Source: Piromyces finnis finn
Taxonomy: Eukaryota; Fungi; Neocallimastigomycota
DNA: 64,000 nt
Reading direction: 5' to 3'
Assembly: GCA_002104945.1 (NCBI GenBank)
Contig: MCFH01000001.1
Coordinates: 1-64,000 of the forward strand
Numbering within the stretch: position 1 is the first letter of the stretch; the number at the start of each line of letters is the position of its first letter. Positions 8,556 through 21,415 of the stretch are shown here, piece by piece. A program made the position numbers and the translations under genes. Below the pieces are notes generated by a model that did no database searches, was not told the origin of the DNA, and worked only from the letters and a program-made list of their open reading frames with translations.

Positions 8556-11500
8556 TTCCCTCTTCAAAAAATTTTCAGGAAAATAACCACAATGGTGCAG
8601 CGGGCACTGTCTCGAACCCCCAGTCCCCAGGTCATGCGTTCGAATCCCCCTCGTTCCCAAACGTAAGTAGTGTTGAAATGGATTTTGAACAAACTCAGGC
8701 ACCTCCAGATGTCCGTAAGTCCGAGAGCCATGTTAAATCTGTATCTTTTAAAAATGTTTCCAAGCCGAAAAGTGAAAAGAAAAGTAAAAGTCCTATTACT
8801 TCCTCTCCTAATATCGGAAGCGCACTTGTACAGCCCTTAGGCCCAAAAGAGAAAACTATACAAGTCATGAAGTTATCTCAAGGGACAAATAGATATGATA
8901 TCTGCGAAGACTTGAAAAATACTAAGGCTAATGTGACTTTCGCCTAACTCTTGGAATTATCCAACCAATCTCGTATGGATCTTGCCAACAACTTAAAGAA
9001 GGAAGTGTTCCCTCTAGCTCTATTGTCATGGGTATGGTCGAACAGGATAATAAGCCGCTGGAACTACAAGTCGTTAATAATCCTCATCACGACTATGTGT
9101 CGGGTGCCGTAAAAGACCACGACATTGCCGTAGTTCATGCCTTACTGAATGGACATAAGGCTTTTCTTTTAGTTGATTCCTGCAGTAATATTAACTTGGT
9201 TTCGAGGAAATTCTTGTTAGATAATATAAACGATTTCAAAATTGAAGGCCAAGTATACAGCAAAATTCAACAGGCTATGGCTGATGATAACCTTCGTACC
9301 TTTGATTTGGTTGAACTCAATGTGTGTATTGGTTCTCTTACCTTTCCGGTCCTATTCCGCATTTGCGATAATGACGACGTATTTTATGATGCTCTGATTG
9401 GTTTGAAAGTTCAACATGATCAACGTATTATTATTGATGCAGTCGATAAAACTGTTTGTGTTAAGACACGTCAAGGTACTCTGGAACCTCTCACTCCTAT
9501 TATTGATATTAATTCTTTTAACTCTTTGTGCTATTACTGTTACTTATTCCTCTCTTCTGATAGGAAACCAATTGTAGCTGCTCTCAAGAACGAGCCTATT
9601 CTTAATAAGGAGGATTTAATTCTAGGTAAAGTTGAGGAATTACATAATCTTATTCCTTCATATAAGTCTGAAGAACCGATTGTTGTAGATGATTCTCAAA
9701 GTCTTCTATTTTCTTTTCGTGATGTTATTGCTTGTTTCACTGATGACCTCCAACGTTCAAAACTCCGGTCACACCGCATTGAACTTGTTGAGGGCGCTAA
9801 ACCCATTAAAGCTAAAGTTAGGAAGTTGTCACAAGTTCAACTAGCTGCTCTTAAGGGTGAACTTCAAAAACTACTGGATAAAGGCCTTATTGTTCCATCC
9901 CATTCCCCTTGGGCTTCTCCCATTGTAATGGTTCCTAAGAAGCACAATAAATGGCGTCTTTGTGCAGATTATAGAAAAGTCAATAATATTACTGTAAAGA
10001 ATGCTTACTCTATTCCCAACATTAGAGAAGCTTTTGAATCCATGACTGGCGCAAGATTTTTCACTGCCTTAGATCTGTTCAGTTCAGTGGATACCACCAA
10101 ATTCCTATGCTACCAGAAGACCAATGTATTACAGCTATTACCACGCGTTTTGGAAATTTTGATTACGTAGTCATGCCTTTTGGTTTAACAAACGCGCCGG
10201 CGACCTTTCAAAGAGAGATGAATCGTATCTTCTTTGACCTCCTCAATGTTTGTATTCAAGTATACCTTGATGACATAATTATTTATTCTCCTTCTTACTC
10301 ACAACATCTTCGTGATATCAAAAAGGTTTTCCAGATCCTTCGCGATAATGGTTTAAAGGTCAACATTGAGAAGTGTCACTTCTGTTTACAGGAAGTTGAA
10401 GTGTTGGGTCATGTTGTTTCTATTAATGGTCTTCTTCCTATTAAATCTAAGGTTGATAATATACTCAAACTAGATCCTCCTAAATCTGTTACTGAACTTC
10501 GTTCTTTTCTTGGAATGGTTGGTTATTATAGGGAATTTATTGATCACTTTGCTTCTATTACTGCCCCCTTAAATAAACTCCTTAGAAAAGACGCCAAGTT
10601 TATTTGGGATTCTGAGTGTAATTCGTCGTTCGTTGCTGCTAAAGAATATTTGGCCTCTGCCCCTATTCTGTGTTTTCCTCGTTATGATATTCCTTTCATT
10701 ATTCGCTCTGACGCCAGTTTCAGTGGTATTGGCGGCGTATTATTGCAACTTTTGGAGGACGGGGTAGAGCATCCTATAAAGTATGCTAGTCGTGCACTAA
10801 AGAAAGCTGAATTAAACTACCCTATTACTGAACTGGAAGGTACCGCTGCTCATTATTGTCTGATGGAATTTCGTCATTATGTCCTAGGAAATCCGTACAA
10901 AACTATTTTATATACGGACCACCTTCCGCTAGTTGCTATCATTAATAAAAATGAACCTCAAACTTCAAAACACGCTCGCTGGGCTAATGACTTTAGCCAA
11001 AACATGGTAGCTGACGCATTATCCCGGATGTCATTAAAAGAGGATAACAGTCAGGAAGCGAACGCAAATGCAATAGTTAGTACACTAAATGATACCAACC
11101 TTGAGTCAGAAAATAATGAAAGCGAAAGTGATGAAGAAGAATCTTTATTAGCTCGGAAACAGAGAAAACAAGTTGTAGAAGAACCTACTAAGATGCCTGA
11201 ATTAATGTCAGAAGAAGAAAACGAGGAAAATGATAAATATATCTCAGAGGTTATGAAAAACTTTCTAAAAGAAAGAGTAATAAGAATAAATAATCTGTTA
11301 TATTTCAGGGATAACGATAACTTAAGAAGGATTGTTGACGAACCCTTGGAAAAGATCCAGGTCATCGCGAAAAACCATAAAATCGCACATGAAGGACTGC
11401 AGAAAACTTACCAAAGGATCAAGGATAAGTATTATTGGAAGAACATGGTTTTAGATATAAAAACCTATATTTCTACGTGTAAAATCTGTCAGTTACGGAA

Positions 11501-12404
11501 GTTCCAACCTCTACCTGAAAGAACCGAGAGATTTGCATCACCAGTCGAAGCACCGTTTGTCAGAATAGCCGTGGACATAATAGGCCCGTTAAAGACTACT
11601 GTGCAAGATAACAAATATATTATTGTAGCGGTGGACTATTTTACAAAATGGCCTGAGGCGAAGGCGTTGTCAACGACCACCTCAGAAGATGTAACGGAAT
11701 TCCTAACCGAAGTATTTAGTCGCCACGGTGTCCCACAATTGGTCTTAATGGATAATGGTGTACAATTTACTTCCGACTATACAAAAATATTTTTAGATTT
11801 ATATGATACTTATGTACACTTCGTATCCACCTATCACCCAGAGTCGAATGGTCTAGTGGAAAATAAGAATCGGGAAATTGGGAAACAGCTACGATTCTCA
11901 GTAGAGAACAATGAAGACTGGGACAAATACTTACCAGTAGCTCTATGGGCGTTAAGGACCAGTATATCTACTACAACTGGATTCTCTAGTTTTGAACTTG
12001 TATATGGAAGAAAGGATGCACGCCCAATAGATTTAGTGCTAATGGAAACATATCAAGAAACTTTAGGAAGATCCACAGAAGAAATTATAATGGGAAGGTT
12101 CGTGGATCACGCTAAATGGATAAGGAAGGCGGCTTCAAAAATGCTAGGTACTCTAAAGTATTGGGAAGCTAGAAGACAAAGTAAAATAAGCATGGATCAT
12201 AATGAAGAATACAAAATAGGCGATCTAGTCAAATTAAGGAATTTCAACAGAACAAAATTGGACCCATATTTTAAAGGACCTTATCAAATCTTAGATATCG
12301 CCTGGAATACAGTCAAGCTCAAGGACTACAATACGGGACAAGAACTAACCAGGTATACACATATGAAGAATATCCTCCCTTATAAAGAAAATATTTCGTT
12401 ATGA
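8556..12404 (+). pseudogene. pol: Pol of element B (low-complexity spacer, protease, RT, RNase H, integrase), disrupted
   Basis: TAA at 8945-8947 inside ANVTFA*LLEL; LVDSCS; 5-bp duplication frameshift at about 10077-10085 in DLFS(GYHQ); YLDD; RNase H deletion (..NDFSQ|NMVADALS..); integrase AVDIIGP, MDNG, NGLVE. Confidence 0.92.
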
Positions 12405-12903
12405 GAGACGACACTTTATTTAAAATTTATGATATTTTACAAATTAGATATGTTTAAACATATATATATATATATAAAAAAAAAAAAAAAAAAAAAAATA
12501 ATTAATTTGAAATTTCGAAATTGAAATTGAAAAAGTCAAAAAGGGATTTCGAATTTCGAAAAGTCGATTAACTCCTGTTCGACCTTGCTAAACCTCGAGT
12601 AGCCTACCGTAGATTATTGAGAATAATAATAAATAATAATTATAATAATAGTAAATAATAATAATAATAACAATAATAATTAGTTTAATTAGTAATTAGT
12701 ATATATAAATAATCATAATAATAATTAAAAAAAAAAATTTTATTAGTATTTTTTTTCAATTTTTTTTTTCAATTTTTTTTCAATTTTTTTTAATTTTAGA
12801 AATTTAGTTTTATAACCAGAAAAATTAATATTATAACCAGATACGCTCAGTAAAAATTTTGTATCTTAAATTATACTTCGCTCTCCTATAGCGAGGGGAT
12901 TTT

Positions 12904-13322
12904 TGATATAAAAATAATATGTGACTTGAACATATTATTATATTAGTAATTTTTCCTAATATTAAATTTATATAGATTTATTATAATATTAATTATTTCT
13001 ACTATGTATAAGAATATAATGTAAATGTACGACAAATGTAATATCATGTAATGTAAAAGAGTATTGTAAATGAATGATCCATATAGTTCCAGCCTTATAA
13101 TTGGACAATTAATTATTAAGTAAGCGTCATTAGTATAAATAGACTAGAATAAATATTATTAAAAAGGGCTTCTTGTTTTAGTTAGAATTTTAATATTTGA
13201 CAACGACAGAACGTTTTAGTATTTAGACAGAATAGAAATATTGGAACGTTATAAATAAAATTATTAATAAAATATATATTAATTAAAGTTTAATTCTTTC
13301 TACATAAAATTAACCCGTATCA
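12904..13322 (+). repeat. 3' LTR of element B (419 bp, TGATAT...GTATCA)
   Basis: Begins just after the PPT. Its distal end recurs inverted at 18471-18635 and 19253-19347. Copia coding sequence begins immediately at 13323. Confidence 0.85.
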
Positions 13323-13713
13323 TAATGAGAGTCACGTGTAATATCAGGAGAATCAGAAATTTTTGAATTTAAATATATGTTATCATTAATATCCATAGTA
13401 ACTGAGTTGGTAGAATTATCCTGTGTAACATTAGAATTTATGCTAGAATTATGACGTGGATTATTTGATTTTGAATTTTTGAGTCAATTTTTGAAAAATT
13501 TTTATTAATAAAAATTTTTTCACGATGATCAGAAATTGAATTTTTAGTAGTATTTTCGCCATCAATTTTGATATTAGAAATATCTTCAGTGGTGAATTCA
13601 TCAGTTGAAGAATTATTATAATGATCATGATTTTCAATAATTTTATTTTTGTTTTTGTCAGCAGGAGTTTTACCAGAACAAACGTTATCGGAACCAGGAG
13701 TTTCAGGAAATTG

Positions 13714-15667
13714 TTATTTATTATTTTTATTGATATTATTTGAAATTTTACAATTTTTCTTTTCGAAATTGCAATTGTCATTTGCAATTTCTTCTAAAAC
13801 TTTTAAAATGTCATTTGTAAATTTAATTTTGTCAAATTTCGAATTTGAATTATTATTTTTGTTTTGAGTGTCTTCATTCATGTATAAAGAATTTGTTTTA
13901 GAATTGTTCATTAAATTACTTTTTGAGCTTTCCTTAGTTTGAGAAATAATATTGGTCTTTTTGTTACTTTTTTCCTCTTTCCTTTCAGTTTTTTCGTTAT
14001 AAGTTAAATTTTTATAAACAAGGTCCTCGTCCATAGTACTTATATTGTCTTCATTTACCATTTTTTCTTCTATTTCTTCTTCATTTATTTCTTCATCATT
14101 TACTTCTTCTTCTATTACTTCTTCTCCATTGTTTTTAAAGTGGAAATCCTTCTTCTTGGAGGTAGTCCTTTCTGTATTATTGTTTTGTTTATTTTTATTT
14201 GAATTTGTATCCGTAGTGTTGTTGTTCTTGCTGTCAACAACTTTCTCTTTTACACCTTCCGTGTTATTGTTGTTCTTCGATGAGTCTGAGGATATCATAC
14301 TGTCGTAATTATTAATATTATATGAATCATTGAAAGAGAAATACGGATCGTTTATATTTTTCTTTTTATAGGTGTATTGTGCCGGCTTATCTTCGCAGCA
14401 TTCTATTTCTCTAGAATAGTGAATTTTAAGTTTATCACCACATATCTCCATGACGATATATGAGTGATGTATTTCACTGAACCCAAGAAATATTCCTTCC
14501 TTTGAGTTTGGCGCAAATTTTGACTTTTTAAGAGAATAGTCCTTAAAGTAGCATATGCATCCAAATACCTTTAGATATTTTAGATCTGCTTCCTCGTTGG
14601 TAAATACTTCGTCAGGGATTAAATTATTGTTTCCTTGGTGTGGTATTTTGTTGTAAATATAACAAGAATATTTTACAGCAAAACTCCAAAAGTCTTCAGA
14701 TAATTTAGCCCAATATAAAAGTGTTTTAGCAGAATTTTGAATAGTCTGATTTATTCTTTCTGCTTTACCATTTAATTCATGTACGTAAGGAGGTGAGTTT
14801 ATCTTAGATATACCGTTTTCCTTACAATATTTTATAACTTTACTACTGTTATATTCTTTTGCACCATCTGTCTTGAATGTTTTGACTTTATATTTGTCAA
14901 AAGTATTATTGACATTCTTCAGGAATTCAATAATAATGTCAAGTGCTTCAGATCTTGACTTGAGAGTGTAAATCCAAAGTTTTCTTGAATATTCATCCAG
15001 CATAGTCATAAAATATTTCTTATTGTTTACGGATGAATTAAACGGGCCTGAAATATCGGAGTGAATAGTCTCTAGAACTCTTCCAGCTTTAGGTACGGTT
15101 TTGTTGTGGGGAGACTTCTTCATTTTTGATATTTTGCAGTCTAGGCAAGGCGTTACTTTAATTTTATGTTGATTTAGATATTTCTTCAGATCCTTCTGGT
15201 AGAAATGGCCTAATCTCTTATGCCATATATCTAAATCATCTTCAAAATTTGCAATAAATGGTTCATTTTTCTTTTTATTAATGTTTATGAGTTTAATTTT
15301 GAATTGGTTTAATTCGTTTGAGTATGTTTGCATTATATTTTTATTTTCAGAGTCCTTGGAAATAAGTCTGACTTTCCCATCGTCAGTAATATCTATAATG
15401 CTTCTAAAACCAACTTTAGCAAGTCCTACACCACTAATTAAATTCTTGCTAACTTTATCTGAATACAAAACTTTTTCTAACTTGTAAGTTGTCTTTTATC
15501 TTGAACTCATATGAACCATAACCACTAAATTCACAGGTAGTTCCATTTGCACATCTAAGTTGGATGTGTTCTTCTGTGAAGTTCTGCAGAATGTCCTTAT
15601 TATTAATGATATGTTCAGCGGCACCAGTATCATAGAACCATTCGTCGTATTTATTTTCTCCATACAC
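13714..15667 (-). pseudogene. pol: Copia protease and integrase, frameshifted near 15460
   Basis: WFYDTGAAEHI protease; WHKRLGH...CLDC; IHSDISGP, TDGAKEY, NGKAERIN catalytic motifs. Confidence 0.9.
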
Positions 15668-15816
15668 ATAATCTATATTCTTTGCATTAGGAGAGTCTTC
15701 TTTTGTAGCTTCATCTTTTTCAATGAGGTAAATACTTCTTTCCGTTAAAGGCCTAATATCTTCAAATTCTATGTTAATGCCGTAACTTTCGTTGTCGTCG
15801 TAGTTTTCGACGAAAT

Positions 15817-16929
15817 TTACTTCTTGTCGAATTTCTTTTGTTGTTTTTTCTTGTGAACTTGCCTCCCTTGTTGTGAATTTCTTTTAGATTTGTTTTGGTT
15901 ATAGGCCTTATTATTACTGTTTCTTCTTTGTTCTCTTTCTATTTTGGCCTTTTGATTATATTCACACATTTCGGTGGAGTGACCATGTTCACAGCAGATA
16001 TGACAGTAGATGCGGTGACTTCTATTTATGTTTCTTCTGTTACCGTAACCTTTATTCTTTGTTGATTTGTTTGTTTTCTCTACTAACAAAATCAACATCC
16101 ATTGGATCATCAACTTCGTCATCTTCATCTTGGTCATTGTTGATCCAATCCTCGAAGTAGGATTTGGCATTGATGTAACTTTTGACTTTCTCGTAGAGTT
16201 GATCAGAAGTTTCGTCTAAAGTTACATTCAATTGGTTCTTGACACTTCGTGGAAGGGAATTGTACATATATTTCAATTTTCCCTTTCACTTAAGGACATT
16301 CTTTGTTCAGACATCTCAAGGAAGATTTCCTTGGCTTTATCAATGGTTTTACTGACTTTGCTTACATCTTCAGTATGTAATTTTCTTAACTTTTTTAGCC
16401 AGTATTCGATGTCTGCATTAGCGTTACCGTATTTTGTATTCAACTTCTTGAATACTTGGTAACAGCTAGTATTATGACAAATCTCTCTGAGGATCTTCTC
16501 ATCCACATTTTGAATGATCATAAGGTGTGCATCAGCATTAAGACTTTCAGCTGCTGATATTATCTCAGCCTTATAAATTGGCGAGTTTGCCAATTTATTG
16601 GCGGCTACAACATTAATGTTATTAATGTTGCTGCTTGGGTTTGCGTCCTCCCCCATAGCTTTAGTGAAGGTTTTGTAAACGGACGCGAGTAAGTTATTAG
16701 TACGGTAGTTAGCAATAATTTTTACAATAGCCATAGCCATAGTGTAAACATCTTTAAGATTAAAGTCTATCTCAAAGCTGTCGTCTTTGATGGTTCCAAC
16801 AATGTCATAATCAAGATAGCTAATTAGACCCTGTCTAGAAGCAGCTGACTTGATTAAAAGACTCCAAGTGTCAAAGTTGGATTTTCCATGAAGACGTTGA
16901 TTATTGGCTAAAATTAATTGCTGGGACAT
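15817..16929 (-). pseudogene. gag: Copia gag in three frameshifted pieces
   Basis: LHGKSNFDTWS N-terminal motif typical of Copia Gag; LPRS; PMDVD; CHICCEHGHSTEMC knuckle. Confidence 0.85.
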
Positions 16930-17000
16930 ACTAAAATTTTAAACACACAAAAATTTTTGCTTTAAATTTTTCTTAAGAAATTTTATTATTGATTAGAGTT

Positions 17001-17014
17001 TGAGACTCTTAATC
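17001..17014 (-). promoter_or_regulatory. Copia PBS complementary to the anticodon arm of tRNA-Lys(CUU) (half-tRNA type)
   Basis: The plus strand reads TGAGACTCTTAATC directly abutting the LTR. GACTCTTAATC is the conserved anticodon stem-loop of eukaryotic tRNA-Lys(CUU), ending at position 40. Confidence 0.75.
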
Positions 17015-17285
17015 TGTGAAATAAATTTAATTAATAAATAATTTTATTAATAAGGTTAACAAAGAGAAAAAGTTACATCGTAAATATTACAGTTATATAA
17101 TGAGATATAAGGTCATGTGACCATAGAAAATAAAATAAAATAAATAAAAAATAACTATCTCTACAACACGTAGACATTACGTTTACAACACTTTTAATAC
17201 ATGTTTATGTTTTTATAAATTAGTCACGTGTGTTTATAAATATATGATATAGATAAATAAAATTATATGTCCATAAATGTTCACA
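17015..17285 (-). repeat. Copia 5' LTR (271 bp)
   Basis: 6-bp inverted termini TGTGAA/TTCACA; adjacent PBS; an inverted partial copy lies at 18291-18470. Confidence 0.85.
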
Positions 17286-17769
17286 ATTATTATTATACTT
17301 TATTTTTTATTAATTAATTATTATTACTCTTATATTGTAGGTATATATTAATATTGGAAAGGGTTAAGAATCACAAAAATTTAATTTTTGTCAAGGATAA
17401 ATTTAGTTTACACTTAAATTTATTAATAAAACTATTTGGGTTTTTATAATCTTTTATTTATTTATATTTATTTTATAATATAAATATTGTAACTTTCTTT
17501 TAAATCTTTTTAAAAAATAACCAAAGAATAAAAATGTAGTACAATATTAATTTAAAATTTTATAAAATACAAATACATAAAAGATACATAAAATATTATT
17601 TTGGAATGTATTTTATTTTCACACTCCCCCAAAGTTATAAATTCATTATTTGTATTTATATAATAAACTATCTCTAAATATTTTTATTTTATTTTTATTC
17701 AAGTATTTAGTAAAACCATCTGCTAAATTTTCTTCTGATTTTATATATTCTAAACTGATTTTATTTTCT
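17286..17769 (-). mobile_element. Remnant of a second Copia (RNase H C-terminus, PPT, 3' LTR); not in the ORF track
   Basis: The minus strand 17768-17646 translates as ENKISLEYIKSEENLADGFTKYLNKNKIKIFRDSLLYKYK*, followed by PPT GGGGGAG (17630-17624) and TGTGAAAAT at 17623. Confidence 0.85.
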
Positions 17770-18290
17770 TGTAAAGTGTGCAGGGATAGATATGTAACTT
17801 GGTCAGAATGTTTTCTATAATATAACTTAATTTGACAATATAATATTAAATTTGTTGATTATTAAACTTTTTTTTTAAAACTAATAAAGAATTTAAATAA
17901 CAATAATTTAAAATTAAATGGGTTTTTATAATTAATATAAACTCTTTTGTTTTGATATAAATTATTTTATAAAATTTATTTATTGATTATTTGTTAATTT
18001 AAATAATATTTATTAAGTTATATTATATTATAATAAATCCTAATTAATTAATAGTTAATAATTTTACAAAGAATTTCAAAAATGATTTCAATTCTTTGTT
18101 TAAATACTTTTTCTTACAATTAATAAAATTACATTGATATTAATAATAAAGATAAAAATAAAATAATTTTAAATTAAAATATTAATAATGATATTGATAT
18201 TAATAATATGAATTCATATAATAGATCTTAAGATTAATCTTATAAATTACTTTTAAAATAAAAGTATTGTTTTAACCATATTTGTATATT

Positions 18291-18470
18291 TGTGAACATT
18301 TATGGACACATAATTTTATTTATCTATATCATATATTTATACACGCACGTGATTATTTATAAGAACATAAACATGTATTAAAAGTGTTGTAAACGTAATG
18401 TCTACGTGTTGTAGAGAAAGTTATTTTTTATTTATTTTATTTTGTTTTCTAAGGTCACATGACCTTAATC
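18291..18470 (+). repeat. Partial Copia LTR, inverted relative to 17015-17285
   Basis: Starts TGTGAACATTTATGG and matches the reverse complement of about 17105-17285; cut at 18471 by a B-family LTR end. Confidence 0.85.
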
Positions 18471-18635
18471 TGATACGGGTTAATTTTATGTAGAAAGAAT
18501 TAAACTTTAAATAATATATGTTTTATTAATAATTTTATTTATAACGTTCCAATATTTCTATTCTGTCTAAATACTAAAATGTTCTGTCGTTGTCAAATAT
18601 TAAAATTCTTACTAAAACAAGAAGCCCTTTTTAAT
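18471..18635 (-). repeat. Distal fragment of a B-family LTR
   Basis: Reverse complement of about 13158-13322 with a few substitutions. Confidence 0.85.
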
Positions 18636-18675
18636 TTAATTTATTTTGTTTTCTATGGTCACATGACCTTGCATC

Positions 18676-19248
18676 TGATATATGTTTCTTTTATGTTGTA
18701 GTAATTTAATATTAGTTTATTTATAATTTATTATATTAGGTGAAAAAAATATTTTATTACTATTATTAACTTCTCTCTTATTAATAATTTCACTTATAAT
18801 ATTTTCTTATTAAAACTCTTCTTTCTAATTATTAATTATTTTTGCATGAATATTTTTTATATTATAAAATTCCTATAATATAATTAAATATCAACTATAT
18901 AATGTAATGTATTCATAATATATGAATAATAATTAAATAGGATATAGTATAATATATTTTACATTTTAAATGAAGTATTACTATATAAGGAAAGGTAATG
19001 TAATACAAATAAGTATTACAATAAAATTAATACTAATATATAATTTTAATATGAGAATGTAATGAAATATGTACATGGATTCTATAATTAATATATACAT
19101 ACATAATGTATTATAATATATATCAATTATTATATTATTATTATGAAATATTATATATAAATTTTTAAATATGAAATTGAATATTTTAAATAATAAAAAT
19201 TATTTTAAATATGGCTAATATGTAGCTAGACATATTAATTTCATATCA
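18676..19248 (-). repeat. Solo LTR (family J), 573 bp
   Basis: TGATAT...ATATCA termini; 4-bp flanking duplication CATC (18672-18675, 19249-19252). One end (TGATATGAAAT) equals the start of the D 3' LTR. Confidence 0.7.
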
Positions 19249-19818
19249 CATCTTATACGGATTAATTTTATGTAGAAAGAATTAAACTTTAAATAATATA
19301 TGTTTTATTAATAATTTTATTTATAACGTTCCAATATTTCTATTCTGTATACCTGGTTAGTTCTTGTCCCGTATTGTAGTCCTTGAGCTTGACTGTATTC
19401 CAGGCGATATCTAGGATTTGATATGGTCCTTTAAAATATGGTTCCAATTTTGTTCTGTTGAAATTTCTTAGTTTGACTAGATCACCTATTTTGTATTCTT
19501 CCTTATGAGCCATACTTATTTTACTTTGTCTTCTAGCTTCCCAATACTTTAGAGTACCTAGCATTTTTGAAGCCGCCTTCCTTATCCATTTAGCGTGATC
19601 CACGAACCTTCCCATTATAATTTCTTCTGTGGATCTTCCTAAAGTTTCTTGATATGTTTCCATCAGTACTAAGTCTATTGGGCGCGAATCCTTTCTTCCA
19701 TATACAAGTTCGAAGCTAGAAAATCCGGTAGTTGTAGATACACTAGTCCTTAACGCCCACAAAGCTACTGGTAAGTATTTATCCCAATCTTCATTGTTCT
19801 CTACTAGGAATCGTAGCT

Positions 19819-20579
19819 TGTAAAGATATAATATATATCTTTAGATTATTTAATAATGAATTATTAATTATTAAATAATAAATTAATATTTAGTAAAACT
19901 GATTATAAAATTTTTGAATAAATTTTATGGAATAATTTAATAATAAATTATTTTATAATAATTCAGTTAAAATTAAATTATGATAAATATTTAAATTTAA
20001 GGAATAAAAGAATTTTAATTAAATTTAAATATTTCAAATATTTTAAATAATTAAAATATTTTTTTATATACTTTTTATTTAAATTTAGAATAGTTTAATA
20101 ATTTTAACTTAGTTTTAAAAATAGATTTGTTTATATTTCAATAGGAAATATATTAAGAATAGTATTGATAATATTAATTTATAGAAAATATATGAACTTT
20201 ATTCAATTTTTAGTTTACTCAAATTGAATTAAAAGTATAATGAATTAGTTTTAGTTTAGTTTTGGTATTTTTTTTATTTAATTAGATTAGTGTTGTTTAT
20301 TTTATATTAAATATATGTTTATTTAAATAGAATAATATATTAGAATATGATTATGAAAAAATATAAATACATGTAATTTTTGTTTATTAAATCGATGTAA
20401 TTGTTATTTTCAATTTTTTAATTATTAACTATTATATAGTTAATAATATTTTTAAGAGTTTAAATAAAAATGTTTTTTTTTTTAAAATAAAAATTTAATG
20501 TTTTATTTTTTTTATTTTTTGTTAATAAAAATTGTTTTGTTTTAAGTATGAAATCTGTTTTAAATTTTATACTTTTACA
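19819..20579 (+). repeat. Solo LTR, family C
   Basis: TGTAAAGATAT...CTTTTACA; TSD TAGCT; interrupts B2 integrase. Confidence 0.93.
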
Positions 20580-20624
20580 TAGCTGTTTTCCAATTTCCCG
20601 ATTTTTATTTTCCACTAAACCGTT

Positions 20625-21415
20625 TGTAAAGATATAATATATATTTTTAGATTATTTAATAATTAATTATTAATTATTAAATAATAAATTAATATTTAGT
20701 AAAACTGATTATAAAATTTTTGAGTAAATTTTATGGAATAATTTAATAATAAATTATTTTATAATAATTCCGTTAAATTTAAATTAAGATAAATATTTAA
20801 GTTTAAGGAATAAAAGAATTTTAATTAAATATAAATATTTCAAATATTTTAAATAATTAAAATATTTTTCAAATACTTTTTTATTTAATTTTAGAATAGA
20901 TTATACTTTTTTATTTAAATTTAGAATAGTTTAATAATTTTAACTTAGTTTTAAAAATAGATTTATTTATATTTCAATAGGAAATATATTAAGAATAGTA
21001 TTGATAATATTAAATTAATTTATAGAAAATACATGGGCTTTATTCAATTTTGAGTTTACTCAAATTGAATTAAAAGTATAATGAATTAGTTTAGTTTAGT
21101 TCTGTTATTTTATTATTTAATTAAATTAGTTTTGTTTATTTTATATTAAATATATGTTTATTTAAATAGAATAATATATTAGAATATAATTATGAAAAAA
21201 TATAAATACATGTAATTTTTATTTGTTAAATCGATGTAATTGTTATTTTCAATTTTTTAATTATTAACTATTATATAGTTAATAGTATTTTTAAGAGTTT
21301 AAATAAAATGTTTTCTTAAAATAAAAATTTAATGTTTTATTTTTTTATTTTTTTGTGTTAATAAAAATTGTTTTGTTTTAAGTATAAAATCTGTTTTAAA
21401 TTTTATACTTTTACA
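20625..21415 (+). repeat. Solo LTR, family C
   Basis: Same termini; TSD CCGTT; only 45 bp from the previous solo LTR. Confidence 0.93.

Larger units (their letters stand above)
474..13322 (+). mobile_element. Ty3/Gypsy element B (non-chromovirus), decayed, interrupted by element A; 5' LTR outside the window
   Basis: Order gag, protease, RT, RNase H, integrase; PPT GCGAGGGG at about 12891-12898; 3' LTR 12904-13322. It truncates the Copia element at 13323. Confidence 0.9.
13323..17285 (-). mobile_element. Ty1/Copia element, 5' half (LTR, PBS, gag, protease, integrase); RT and RNase H displaced by insertion of B
   Basis: Copia order PR then IN; LTR 17015-17285 with TGTGAA/TTCACA ends; the coding spacer after integrase runs to the B LTR boundary. 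Confidence 0.9.

Noticed and set aside
17770-18290. TGTAAAG start cutting the second Copia RNase H as another LTR
   Set aside because: No matching end, TSD or second copy in the window, so it cannot be supported as a feature.
17105-18470. About 180-bp inverted repeats enclosing 1 kb, resembling a Mutator-like TIR element
   Set aside because: The left arm is part of the Copia 5' LTR with its PBS and the right arm is a second, oppositely oriented LTR. The interval holds another Copia remnant, and there is no long TSD.
19819-21415. TGTAAAGATAT...TTTACA elements as MITEs or DNA transposons
   Set aside because: Related repeats with the same TGTAAAGATAT start flank full gag-pol elements next to a PBS and PPT (29876-36656, 41633-48405). 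The inverted ends are only a few bp and the TSDs are 5 bp, so they are solo LTRs.
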